Shown here: piece after piece, positions 19,850 to 29,534 of the stretch
Layout of the letters: each line of letters opens with the position of its first letter
Position numbering within the stretch: the stretch's first letter is position 1
Assembly (NCBI GenBank): GCA_965205945.1
Contig: CBDBIB010000002.1
Coordinates: 1 to 64,000 of the forward strand
Direction of reading: 5' to 3'
DNA from: Bdellovibrionales bacterium
GTDB taxonomy: Bacteria; Bdellovibrionota; Bdellovibrionia; Bdellovibrionales; UBA1609
Length of the DNA stretch: 64,000 nucleotides
Notes under the pieces: generated by a model
What the model was told of the DNA's origin: nothing
The model's input: only the letters and a program-made list of their open reading frames with translations
The model's database searches: none
Position numbers and translations under genes: made by a program

Positions 19850-21976
19850 ATGAGTGAATTTGGTGGGGATTTAAGAAAAATAGTAGACTTTAATTTTAAT
19901 GGTAAGAAGGTTTCTTTAGAGGCAGGTTGGTTAGCTAAGCAAGCTGATGGCTCTGTTTTAGTAAGGGCGGGTGGTAATGCTGTTTTAGTAACAGTTGTTT
20001 CTTCAACAAAAGAATCAACAATGGATTTTTTTCCATTGACAGTAGAATTTTCTGAAAAAATGTATGCATCAGGTAGAGTTCCTGGTGGGTATTTTAAACG
20101 TGAAGGAAGACCAACGTCATTTACAACATTAAACGCTAGAATGATTGATAGACCAATTAGACCTTGTTTTCCAGACGGTTATCAGTTTGAAACTCAAATC
20201 GTTGCAACAGTAATGAGTTACGATGGTAAATTTCCTGTAGAGATTATGGCAAGCATTGGTGCTTCTGCAGCCTTACATATTAGTAATATTCCTTTTAATG
20301 GTCCTACTTGTGCGGCAACAGTTGGTAGAATAGATGGTAAATGGACTGCAAACCTTTCTAAAGAACAGATGGAAGAATCAGATTGTCATTTCGTTGTTGC
20401 GGGTACTCAAAAAGGCCTCTTAATGGTGGAAGGTGAAGGGGATTTTTTAAGTGAAGCAGAGGCCTTAGATCTTTTAAAGTGGATTCATAATGAAATGACG
20501 CCAGCTTTTAATGCTCAAAAAGAACTGCGTAAACTTACAGGGGAAAAAATAAAAAGAGAATTCACTGCTTTTTCTCCGAATGAAACTCGTAGTGCTCAAA
20601 TGGAAACATTTGTTAAGCCATTAATAGTTAAAGCATTGTCTAAAACAGATAAGATGCAAAGGTACCAAGGTTTTGATGAAGCAAAAGCAGCGGCTAAAAG
20701 TAAGTTTGTAGAAACAGTTGAGGATAAAGATCTTCAGGTGATAATTTTAAAAGAGCTTTATCATGTTGTTGATAAAACTAAATATACCCTTGCAAGAGAA
20801 GGGGTTTTGTCTACAGGTTTAAGAATCGATGGAAGAACAACTACACAAGTAAGGTCCATCGCATCTGAGGTGGGCTTGTTTTCAAGAGTTCATGGTTCAG
20901 CTTTATTTACTCGTGGTGAGACTCAGGTTGTTGGTACTGTTACTCTAGGTACCGCTGATGATGAGCAGACTATAGAGACTTTATCTGGGTCAATTAAGAA
21001 AAGGTTTATGCTTCATTATAATTTCCCCCCATTTTGTGTTGGTGAGACTGGCCGTATGGGCGGGACAAGTAGACGTGAAATTGGGCATGGTTTTTTAGCT
21101 GAAAAAGCTTTAGAATCGGTACTTCCATCAAAAGAAGAGTTTCCTTACACAATAAGAATTGTAAATGAGGTTTTAGAGTCTAATGGTTCTAGTTCAATGG
21201 GTTCAGTTTGCTCTGGAACAATGGCATTGTTAGACGCAGGAGTTCCAATAAAAGGAAATGTTGCAGGGATTGCAATGGGGCTTATTAAAGAAGGGGATAG
21301 GTTTGCAGTTTTAACTGATATTTTAGGCGATGAGGATCACTTAGGGGATATGGATTTTAAAGTTGCAGGTACTAAGGATGGAATATCAGCCCTTCAAATG
21401 GACATTAAAATTGACTCAATCGGTTTTGATATTATGGAGCAAGCCTTAACACAGGCTAAAGATGGCCGTTTACACATTTTAAGTGAAATGGAAAAAGTAA
21501 TCTCGGTTTCTAGAAATGCTATTTCTGAATTTGCACCAAGAATTTACACAATTAAAGTTAAACCAGATAAAGTAAGGGAAGTGATCGGCCCTGGTGGTAA
21601 AATGATTAAGTCTATTGTTGAAGAAACTGGTGTTAAAATTGACATCAATGATGATGGAACTATTAATGTGGCTTCGACTGATCCTGAAAAATCAAGAAGA
21701 GCAATTCAGATTATTGAAGATATTTGTGCTGAAGCAGAAATTGGAAAAACTTATTCTGGTAAAGTTATTAAAATTATGGATTTTGGTGCTTTAGTTGAAG
21801 TTTTGCCAAATACTACAGGTCTTTTACATATTTCCGAAATGGCTCATGAAAGAGTTAGAAGTGTAACTGATGTTGTAAATGAAGGGGATCAAGTTGACGT
21901 TAAAGTCTTAGATGTTGATAGAGCAGGGAGAATTAAACTTTCAAGGAAAGCGATTTTGCCTCAGGAAGCACATTAA
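19850..21976 (+). CDS. pnp: Polyribonucleotide nucleotidyltransferase
   Basis: DFFPLTV, RREIGHG, LESNGSSSMGS, DHLGDMDFKVAGT, KH and S1 domains. Confidence 0.98.
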   Translation: MSEFGGDLRKIVDFNFNGKKVSLEAGWLAKQADGSVLVRAGGNAVLVTVVSSTKESTMDFFPLTVEFSEKMYASGRVPGGYFKREGRPTSFTTLNARMIDRPIRPCFPDGYQFETQIVATVMSYDGKFPVEIMASIGASAALHISNIPFNGPTCAATVGRIDGKWTANLSKEQMEESDCHFVVAGTQKGLLMVEGEGDFLSEAEALDLLKWIHNEMTPAFNAQKELRKLTGEKIKREFTAFSPNETRSAQMETFVKPLIVKALSKTDKMQRYQGFDEAKAAAKSKFVETVEDKDLQVIILKELYHVVDKTKYTLAREGVLSTGLRIDGRTTTQVRSIASEVGLFSRVHGSALFTRGETQVVGTVTLGTADDEQTIETLSGSIKKRFMLHYNFPPFCVGETGRMGGTSRREIGHGFLAEKALESVLPSKEEFPYTIRIVNEVLESNGSSSMGSVCSGTMALLDAGVPIKGNVAGIAMGLIKEGDRFAVLTDILGDEDHLGDMDFKVAGTKDGISALQMDIKIDSIGFDIMEQALTQAKDGRLHILSEMEKVISVSRNAISEFAPRIYTIKVKPDKVREVIGPGGKMIKSIVEETGVKIDINDDGTINVASTDPEKSRRAIQIIEDICAEAEIGKTYSGKVIKIMDFGALVEVLPNTTGLLHISEMAHERVRSVTDVVNEGDQVDVKVLDVDRAGRIKLSRKAILPQEAH

Positions 21977-21978
21977 AT

Positions 21979-23217
21979 TTGAAGACATTGTTTAATAAGA
22001 CAAAATTAGAAAATGAACTCACAATTGTAACAGAATCCATAAGTGGTAGAGCTTCAGTTCATCTGGGGCTTCATCTTTTATGGGGTACTAGGCATGAACC
22101 ATCACACATGGCTGGAGCTGCTCATTTAATTGAGCATATGGTGTTTAAGGGGACTGGAAAAAGATCAGCCTTAGATATTGCCATGGAGATTGAATCAGTA
22201 GGTGGTGAGATTGGGGCTTTAACAGGAAAGGAAATCACCAGCTATACAGTCCAGTGTTTGAAAAAAGATTTAAATTTAGGAATTGATATTTTATCAGATC
22301 TTTGTCTTAACGCTGAATTTAGGGAAAAAGAGTTTGTGAAAGAAAAAGATGTGGTGATTTCAGAAATTGATATGTCCTCTGAAAATTTTGAAGAATCTGT
22401 TTTTGATTTTGCTTTTAAAGAGATATTTAAAAATCACAAGCTTGGGCGGCCAATTTTGGGTACTTTAGAGGCGGTGAATGAAATTACTTGTCAGGATCTT
22501 TTTAAACTTTATAAGAACGTATACTCGCCTCAAAATATGATTTTATCGATCTCAGGAGAAATTGATCATAATAAAGTTGTTAAAGAAGCTAAAGAGTTTT
22601 TTAATTATAAAAATAGTGCTCTAAAACACAATCCTCTTAAAGTTTCTGAAGGCAAATTTAGAGCAAGTACTAAGTTTATTAAGAAAAATTCAGAGCAGTC
22701 TCATGTATTAGTAAGTTTTGAAGCACCTGCTTATACATCTAAAAAAAGATATCTAGCTTATTTGGCTAATCTTGCTTTAGGCGGGGGGATGACCTCAATT
22801 CTTTTTCAAAAAGTGAGGGAAGAGTTAGGGCTTGCGTATTCAGTGTACTCTTACCTTCAGTGTTTTATGAAAGAAGGCGTTTTGTTTATTTATGTTGGAA
22901 CAAAACCAAATAAAAATTTAGAGGTAGTGTCTGTTATTTTAGATGAAGTACAAAAATTGGCTAAAAAGGGTTTTACACAAAAACAATTAAATCTTTATAG
23001 ACAACAGTTACTTGGAGAAATTTTAATGAGTGCTGATGATTTAGACTCTAGAATGAATTCTATTGCTTTAGATGAGTTGATTTTTGATGAGTATAGGCCG
23101 CCTGAAAAAGTAGCGCTAGAAATAAATCAAATAGACATTCATCAAATGAATGAGTATTTTTCTGATCACTTTTTAAAAAAGCCTGGGATAATGATTTTAG
23201 GCCCTAAAAATAAATAG
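21979..23217 (+). CDS. M16-family (pitrilysin/insulinase) zinc peptidase
   Basis: HLIEH inverted zincin motif, LGGGMTSILFQKVREELGLAYSV; usual neighbour of pnp. Confidence 0.92.
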   Translation: MKTLFNKTKLENELTIVTESISGRASVHLGLHLLWGTRHEPSHMAGAAHLIEHMVFKGTGKRSALDIAMEIESVGGEIGALTGKEITSYTVQCLKKDLNLGIDILSDLCLNAEFREKEFVKEKDVVISEIDMSSENFEESVFDFAFKEIFKNHKLGRPILGTLEAVNEITCQDLFKLYKNVYSPQNMILSISGEIDHNKVVKEAKEFFNYKNSALKHNPLKVSEGKFRASTKFIKKNSEQSHVLVSFEAPAYTSKKRYLAYLANLALGGGMTSILFQKVREELGLAYSVYSYLQCFMKEGVLFIYVGTKPNKNLEVVSVILDEVQKLAKKGFTQKQLNLYRQQLLGEILMSADDLDSRMNSIALDELIFDEYRPPEKVALEINQIDIHQMNEYFSDHFLKKPGIMILGPKNK

Positions 23218-23247
23218 ATTTTTAAATACCTTAAAAGGAGAGAGTTA

Positions 23248-23847
23248 ATGATTAAGAATAAAATCAAAGATATTGCAAGTTTAGCAGAAAATATTTTTAA
23301 AAAACTTCAAGAAAAATCTGGAACTCTTCCAATTAAAGAAATGATTGAAATGGGCGTTGATATGATTGGAAATCAGTTTTTAGATGTGGCAGGTTTTAAA
23401 AATGAAACCGATTTAAGAATAAAAAGACTTCCTCATTTTCAAGGGGATTTACCACAATATAAAACGTTAGGATCTAGTGGTATGGATGTTAGAGCGTGTA
23501 TTGATGAATTTATTACTATTCAGCCAGGAAAAAGAGTGTTAGTTCCAACCGGTCTTGCAATGAAGGTTTCTAAGGCCTATGAAATTCAGGTTAGACCAAG
23601 ATCAGGGCTAGCACTTAAGAAAGGTCTAACGCTTTTAAACACTCCAGGAACCATTGATGCTGATTACCGAGGTGAGATTCAAATTATATTAATCAATCTT
23701 GGTGGTGAGGTTGTTGTTATAAAAAATGGTGAACGAATTGCTCAGTTAATTGTCTGTCCAGTGGTTAAAGCTAAGATTTTAGTGACTGATAAGCTTGATG
23801 ATACTGAGCGTGGTGAAGGTGGCTTTGGGAGCACGGGCTCTCATTAA
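23248..23847 (+). CDS. dut: dUTP diphosphatase with N-terminal extension
   Basis: SGMD, RPRSGLALK, NTPGTIDADYRGEI, RIAQL, RGEGGFGSTG. Confidence 0.95.
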   Translation: MIKNKIKDIASLAENIFKKLQEKSGTLPIKEMIEMGVDMIGNQFLDVAGFKNETDLRIKRLPHFQGDLPQYKTLGSSGMDVRACIDEFITIQPGKRVLVPTGLAMKVSKAYEIQVRPRSGLALKKGLTLLNTPGTIDADYRGEIQIILINLGGEVVVIKNGERIAQLIVCPVVKAKILVTDKLDDTERGEGGFGSTGSH

Positions 23848-24134
23848 TTATAGTGGTTTAGATTTGATTCATGTAGTTTTTAAAATATCTTTAAGAAAAA
23901 AGTCAGGGTTATGAGGACACGCCTTAGTAAAAAAAAATAAATATGTAGTTAAGGCCTATAAACTAGGGCCTGCTCATATAACTCACTTTTTAGAAAATAG
24001 GCCAGCATTTTATAGAACTTTAAAAAAATTTAAGGCGCACTTCTAGACTAAGGTTTTAGCTTTTGTCTAAAAAAAGCCTTTAGGCTATTTATAGAAGGTT
24101 TAAAAGCTATAGAAAAAATGATAGCTTTGTAAAA

Positions 24135-24995
24135 GTGCTCCATTTTTTTATAATACTTTTTTTCTTAATGGCGACGCCTGCTCTTGGACAGTTAAAAGTT
24201 TCAATTTTAGAAATAGAAAGATCGAGCACACAGGTTTATGCATCTCCGTCATTTGATGCTCGTATTATTATAAATTTAAAACGTGGACAAAAACTTTATG
24301 GGCTTAATAAAAAAATCGTAGGAACAGATGGCTTTGGCCTATTTTATAAGGTGAAGCTTAAAAAAAATATGTATGGTTATATTTTGGATACATCAGTTAA
24401 AAAATTTAAAGAAACTAGAAATAAAAAAGAAGGTAGAATCTTAGGAAGGGCTTTAAAGAAACATCAACGTAAGGTTAAAATAGTAAGCTCTTATGATGGA
24501 TACTCAGTTCCATATTCAAAGTCATATGGTCTAGTCTTATCTTCTTTAAGCTATGCTTTAGAAATAAAAGGGAGCACTCAAAAATCAACAGAAATGTTTT
24601 TTGGTGCTAAAATTTTAGGAACAGGCTGGGGGATATCATTTTTTCCATTGGATATTTCTCTTTCATTTAGCCCATCTTCTCCTAGGTTATTAGATTCTTT
24701 TACTCAAGATCATTCAGGCTTTATTGTTTTAAGTGAGGTAGGGCTTCCTTTAGAAATTAAAAGAGGATTTAATTGGTCAATTTATACAACGATAAGTGGA
24801 GTTCTTTCTTATTATAGTTTTAATTTAGCCTTTGATAAAGTTAAAGAGTCTAGTCAGAAAGCAGAATTTGGTATTTCTGGAGGTTTAGGGGGGGGAGTAC
24901 GCTTTGGGCGTTATATTTTAAATTTAGAAGGTAAATATATAAAGCTTAGAACTAGTCATACTGGAGTCCAGTTTAGCATAAAGCGAATATTTTAA
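24135..24995 (+). CDS. Exported protein, SH3-like N-domain plus probable outer-membrane beta-barrel
   Basis: Signal peptide; VYASPSFDA..FYKVKL..GYI pattern; alternating beta-strands and C-terminal Phe. Confidence 0.6.
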   Translation: MLHFFIILFFLMATPALGQLKVSILEIERSSTQVYASPSFDARIIINLKRGQKLYGLNKKIVGTDGFGLFYKVKLKKNMYGYILDTSVKKFKETRNKKEGRILGRALKKHQRKVKIVSSYDGYSVPYSKSYGLVLSSLSYALEIKGSTQKSTEMFFGAKILGTGWGISFFPLDISLSFSPSSPRLLDSFTQDHSGFIVLSEVGLPLEIKRGFNWSIYTTISGVLSYYSFNLAFDKVKESSQKAEFGISGGLGGGVRFGRYILNLEGKYIKLRTSHTGVQFSIKRIF

Positions 24996-25059
24996 GCAAA
25001 CTTTTTAATCTGCGCACTGTGCAGTGAAAGAAGTCTTATATGTCGATAAATTCAAACTT

Positions 25060-26886
25060 ATGCAAACTTTAAAAAACAACAGTATTCGTAGAATTAAAAA
25101 ACTTTCAGGGCAGGTAGTGGATCAGATCGCTGCAGGTGAGGTTATTGAACGGCCTGCACAGCTTATTAAAGAGCTTATAGAGAACAGCTTAGACGCAAAG
25201 GCTTTTAAAATTGAAATTTCAGTAAGTTCAGGCTTATCACAAATAACGGTTACGGATAATGGAGTTGGAGTTTTAAAAGAGGATCTTCCTTCAGTTTTTG
25301 AGCGTCACTCAACAAGTAAACTTTCATCTGCAGAAGAGTTATTTTCTTTAGATAGTTTTGGCTTTAGAGGGGAAGCTTTATCGGCTATTGGATCAGTTTC
25401 AAAAATAAGTTTAGAGAGTAAAGCTTTAGGTGATGATAATGGGAGTTTGATGATTTGGGATTCTGGAAAGAAAATCTTAGTAGATCAGAGTGGAATTAGA
25501 GAGGGAACAAAACTTTCAGTTTCCAATCTTTTTAACAATACTCCGGCGAGAAAAAAATTCTTAAAATCTCAACGTTATGAGATGACATTAGTTAAAAAGG
25601 TTTTTAATTCTTTTGCCTTAAAGCATTTTGATAAAGAATTTAAATTTTTAATCGATGGAGCTCTAAGTTTTTTTTATCAACCTGTAGAATCTTTAGAAAA
25701 AAGATATGAACAAATTTATAAGAAGAAGCTTTATAGAATAAATATTTCTGAAACAGAGTGTATTAAAACAGGATCTGCAGTATACTTAGAGGAGCCGGGA
25801 ATAGAATCTAAAACGTCTCAATCGCTATGGATATATGTTCAATCTAGATGGATTGAGGATAAATCTATCCATGCTGCAACAAGAGATGGATTAAACACTT
25901 ATTTAATGCATGGTTACCAACCAAAAGGGCTTATAGATTTAAAGCTAAACTCTGAATTTGTGGATGTAAATGTTCATCCTATGAAATCACAAGTAAGATT
26001 TCAGGATTCAAGTCATGTGTATAAATTTATTAGATCAACCGTTTCAACATGGGCTGCGCAAGCCCCATGGTCCACGAAAGTAGTGTCACCAAAGGTTTTT
26101 AATTCAGTTCCTAAAGAGATTAAAATGCCTGTGATGACAAAATCTTTTCAAAAACCTAGCAAAAAAGAAGTGGAGCAGGCTGTTTTATCGCAAGTTCCTT
26201 TTGAATTTAAAGGTGGGAGAGTTCAATATAAAAAAAATTATGGCGATTTAAAAGTAAAAGCTATTGAGAAAGTTTTAAAACAAGAAGATGGATTTGAGCC
26301 TTTGTGGTCAAGCTTAATGGTTATTGGACAAATAAATCTGACATATGTTGTGGCGCAATCTAGTGAAGCGGTTTTTTTTATAGATCAGCATGCAGCCCAT
26401 GAGCGAGTAGGATATGAGAAACTACTTAAATCTTGGAAAGAAAATCAGGGTCTAGATATTCAAACTTTATTAATGCCACTACATATTCAAATGGAAGACA
26501 ATTGTATTGAAGTGTTATTAACAAAGCAAAAAGATCTTTCTTTTGTTGGAATAATTATTGAGCAAGGTGGACCAAATCTTGTTATATTAAATGCTCTTCC
26601 AGGGTTTTTAAAAGAAGCAGCGGTAGACAGTGCTTTAAGAGAACTTTCACAATCTATTATTAAATATGGTGGGGGGAGTTCAGTAGAAGAAATTTTTGAA
26701 CTTTTTTTTGCAACAGTTTCTTGTCATTCAGTTATTAGAGCTGGACATGCCATGAGCAATGAAGAGATAAAGCTTTTACTTCTTGAAATGGATAAGTATA
26801 AATCTAATTTTTGCCCTCACGGAAGACCTGTTTATAAGAAAGTGAGTTTTCAATCTCTTGATAAAGATTTTGGAAGGTTAGGATAA
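25060..26886 (+). CDS. mutL: DNA mismatch repair endonuclease MutL
   Basis: IAAGEVIERP, GFRGEAL, DVNVHP, DQHAAHERVGYE, CPHGRP; ATG 25060 preferred over GTG 25024. Confidence 0.96.
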   Translation: MQTLKNNSIRRIKKLSGQVVDQIAAGEVIERPAQLIKELIENSLDAKAFKIEISVSSGLSQITVTDNGVGVLKEDLPSVFERHSTSKLSSAEELFSLDSFGFRGEALSAIGSVSKISLESKALGDDNGSLMIWDSGKKILVDQSGIREGTKLSVSNLFNNTPARKKFLKSQRYEMTLVKKVFNSFALKHFDKEFKFLIDGALSFFYQPVESLEKRYEQIYKKKLYRINISETECIKTGSAVYLEEPGIESKTSQSLWIYVQSRWIEDKSIHAATRDGLNTYLMHGYQPKGLIDLKLNSEFVDVNVHPMKSQVRFQDSSHVYKFIRSTVSTWAAQAPWSTKVVSPKVFNSVPKEIKMPVMTKSFQKPSKKEVEQAVLSQVPFEFKGGRVQYKKNYGDLKVKAIEKVLKQEDGFEPLWSSLMVIGQINLTYVVAQSSEAVFFIDQHAAHERVGYEKLLKSWKENQGLDIQTLLMPLHIQMEDNCIEVLLTKQKDLSFVGIIIEQGGPNLVILNALPGFLKEAAVDSALRELSQSIIKYGGGSSVEEIFELFFATVSCHSVIRAGHAMSNEEIKLLLLEMDKYKSNFCPHGRPVYKKVSFQSLDKDFGRLG

Positions 26887-26892
26887 TTGTAG

Positions 26893-27786
26893 TTGTCCCC
26901 TCATGTTTATATAGTAGGACAAACAGCTAGTGGAAAAACAGGGTTTTCACTTAAATTATGTGAAGACTTTGGCTATGAAATTTTAAATACAGACAGTCTT
27001 TTGTTTTATAAAGGGCTTGATGCAGGCACTGCAAAACCAAGTAAACAAGAGCGCTTAAGAGTAAAGCATCACTTAATTGATATTTGTAAGCCAGGTGAAG
27101 AATTTACTGCGGCAGACTATTTAAAAAGTGCTAAAGAAGTGTTGTCTACCATGGGTAAAAAATTCTTATGTGTGGGCGGGAGTGGTTTTTACATAAATGC
27201 CTTAGATGTTGGGTTGTTGCCACTTCCAAAAACAGATCAAAAAATTAGAGAATTAGTTTTAAAAATTAAAGATCCTGTTAAAGAGTTAGAGAAAGTAGAT
27301 CCTCAGATCTTTAATAAGATTTCAAAAAATGATCTTTATCGTGTGGGAAGAGCGTTAGAAGTTTTTAAACAAACAGGAAAGCCATTAACTCAATGGCAAA
27401 AAGAGTATCATTTTAAGCCTTATGCTAAAAAAATAGCATTTAATTTAGATAGAAAGTTTTTAAGAGATTTGATTACTAAAAGAGCTAGGCAAATGGTTAA
27501 AGCTGGTATTATTGATGAAGTAAAGATATTATTAGACTCAGGGTATAAGACCTGGAAACCCCTTTCATCTATTGGGTATACGCAAGTTTTAAAGTATCTT
27601 AGTGGAGAGATTCAAACTGAAAATAAAATGCTTGAAGAAATAGTCCATAAAACTATGCAGCTTTCAAAAAGACAAAAAATTTGGTTTAAAAAGGATAGTT
27701 CGGTGACATGGTTTGATTTTTCTGAAAAAAAGAAGGCAAAAAAATTTGTAGAGAACTGTTTAAAGGGAAGTTTATGGAAAGTATGA
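26893..27786 (+). CDS. miaA: tRNA dimethylallyltransferase
   Basis: GQTASGKT, DSLLFYKGLDAGTAKP, HHLID, GGSGFY, KRQKIWF. Confidence 0.95.
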   Translation: MSPHVYIVGQTASGKTGFSLKLCEDFGYEILNTDSLLFYKGLDAGTAKPSKQERLRVKHHLIDICKPGEEFTAADYLKSAKEVLSTMGKKFLCVGGSGFYINALDVGLLPLPKTDQKIRELVLKIKDPVKELEKVDPQIFNKISKNDLYRVGRALEVFKQTGKPLTQWQKEYHFKPYAKKIAFNLDRKFLRDLITKRARQMVKAGIIDEVKILLDSGYKTWKPLSSIGYTQVLKYLSGEIQTENKMLEEIVHKTMQLSKRQKIWFKKDSSVTWFDFSEKKKAKKFVENCLKGSLWKV

Positions 27787-28622
27787 CAGGGTTTTCAAAA
27801 GAAATAGTTCAATCAAAGAGCCTGTCTCTTAATATTCAAATGAGGTCTTTGAATGCAAGATTTTTAGAAGTTAAAGTAGGGTTACCAGCAGATTTAACTT
27901 TTTTAGAGGAAGACATTAGAAAGAAAGTTAAAGAAGGGTTTTTGCGAGGAACAATTGATATTAGTATTTTTTGCAGGAAAAAAGATATTAACCTTCCTAT
28001 TAAAAATCTTAAAAAATGGATTCTAGATTATAAAAATAATGCTAAAATATTGGGTGTTAGTGGGGATCTTACAATGGGTGCTGTTTTAAAAAAAGCAGGT
28101 GAAGAATTTAAAGAAAGTTTAACAGCTCAAGAAAAAAAGCTATTACTTGATACTGTTGTAAAAGCTTTAAAGAATTTAAAGAAAAGAAGGGTTTTAGAGG
28201 GTAAAGAATTAAAATTAATTTTGTTAAAAGATTTAAAATTTATAAATATTGAGCTTAGTAGGATTAAAAGTTTTGTGAAAAAGAATAAGAAAATTCTTTC
28301 TCAAGAGTGGAGGCGTAAGTTAGATGAGCTTGAATTAACAGTTGACCCTAAAAGGCTTGAACTAGAGGTTGCTCTTTTATTAGAAAAAGCAAATATTGCT
28401 GAAGAGATCAATCGTATACAGATTTATATAAAAGAATTTTTTAAGACTTTGTCTGATAAAACAAATCTTGTAGGTAAAAAGTTAGATTTTTTTTCCCAAG
28501 AACTTTTAAGAGAAGCAAATACAATTGCTTCAAAATCTAAAAGTGCGGATCTAACTCGACTTTCGGTTAATCTTAAATCATACGTTGAGAAATTAAGACA
28601 ACAGGTACAGAATATACAGTAA
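27774..28622 (+). CDS. YicC/YloC family endoribonuclease
   Basis: SMTGF, RSLNARFLE, GKKLDFFSQELLREANTIASK, LRQQVQNIQ. Confidence 0.92.
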   Translation: MESMTGFSKEIVQSKSLSLNIQMRSLNARFLEVKVGLPADLTFLEEDIRKKVKEGFLRGTIDISIFCRKKDINLPIKNLKKWILDYKNNAKILGVSGDLTMGAVLKKAGEEFKESLTAQEKKLLLDTVVKALKNLKKRRVLEGKELKLILLKDLKFINIELSRIKSFVKKNKKILSQEWRRKLDELELTVDPKRLELEVALLLEKANIAEEINRIQIYIKEFFKTLSDKTNLVGKKLDFFSQELLREANTIASKSKSADLTRLSVNLKSYVEKLRQQVQNIQ

Positions 28623-29188
28623 TGGAGAAGATGATTATTGTAGTAGCTCCAAGTGGAGCTGGGAAATCTACATTTATAGATGAAATACTTAAGTATCCTA
28701 ACCTTTTAATTAAAGACACTATCACATATACTACTCGTAGAATGAGAGAGGGCGAGTTTGAAGGTAAGCCTTATTTTTTTTTAAAAGAAGAGGATTTTAA
28801 AAAAAAAATTAAGGATAATTTTTTTATAGAGTGGGCAAAAGTTCACTCTTCATTTTATGGGACATCTTATAAGCAAATTTGTGAATTTTGGCAATCTGGG
28901 TATTCTGTAATTATGGACGTAGATATTCAAGGAGCTAAAACTTTTAAAAATAAATTTCCAAAGGCTTTAGTAATTTTTATACAACCTCCAAACTTAGAGG
29001 TTCTTAAAGAGCGTCTTTTAAAAAGAGGATATGGAAAACTTCCTCTTGACTATGAATTGCGTATGGAAAGCGCAAAAAAGGAGATGGCCTGGGCTCAAAA
29101 TGCCGACGAGGTTATAATGAACAATGATTTTTTAACAGCTTTTAAAGAATTTCGGAAAAAAGTTGAATTTTACCTAAAAACTGCGTAA
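28622..29188 (+). CDS. gmk: Guanylate kinase
   Basis: APSGAGKST, TTRRMREGEFEGKPYFF, DVDIQGA. Confidence 0.96.
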   Translation: MEKMIIVVAPSGAGKSTFIDEILKYPNLLIKDTITYTTRRMREGEFEGKPYFFLKEEDFKKKIKDNFFIEWAKVHSSFYGTSYKQICEFWQSGYSVIMDVDIQGAKTFKNKFPKALVIFIQPPNLEVLKERLLKRGYGKLPLDYELRMESAKKEMAWAQNADEVIMNNDFLTAFKEFRKKVEFYLKTA

Positions 29189-29215
29189 AAGAGTAGACTT
29201 GTTGGAGGATAATTC

Positions 29216-29458
29216 ATGGCTCGTGTAACGGTAGAAGATTGTTTAGAAAAAGTTGATAATAGATTTAGCTTGGTTTTGTTAGTTTCTAAGAGATCTAAGC
29301 AGATTTTAAAAGGTTCTACTCCAATTGTTCCTATTAAAAATAATAAATTTGTGGTGGCTGCTCTTAGAGAGGTGGCTGCGGGAAAAGTAGATTTTGATAA
29401 AAGTTTATGGATGGAATCTGGTCAGATGCAGGTAGAAAGGGCTCTTTCTGAAGGATAA
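29216..29458 (+). CDS. rpoZ: RNA polymerase subunit omega
   Basis: [28 protein letters not shown]. Confidence 0.96.
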   Translation: MARVTVEDCLEKVDNRFSLVLLVSKRSKQILKGSTPIVPIKNNKFVVAALREVAAGKVDFDKSLWMESGQMQVERALSEG

Positions 29459-29534
29459 ATTTTTAGAATAGAACCACCTAGACTTTTTCACGGTAAATTA
29501 AAATAGGTTTAAAACCGATATAGATTTTAACGCA

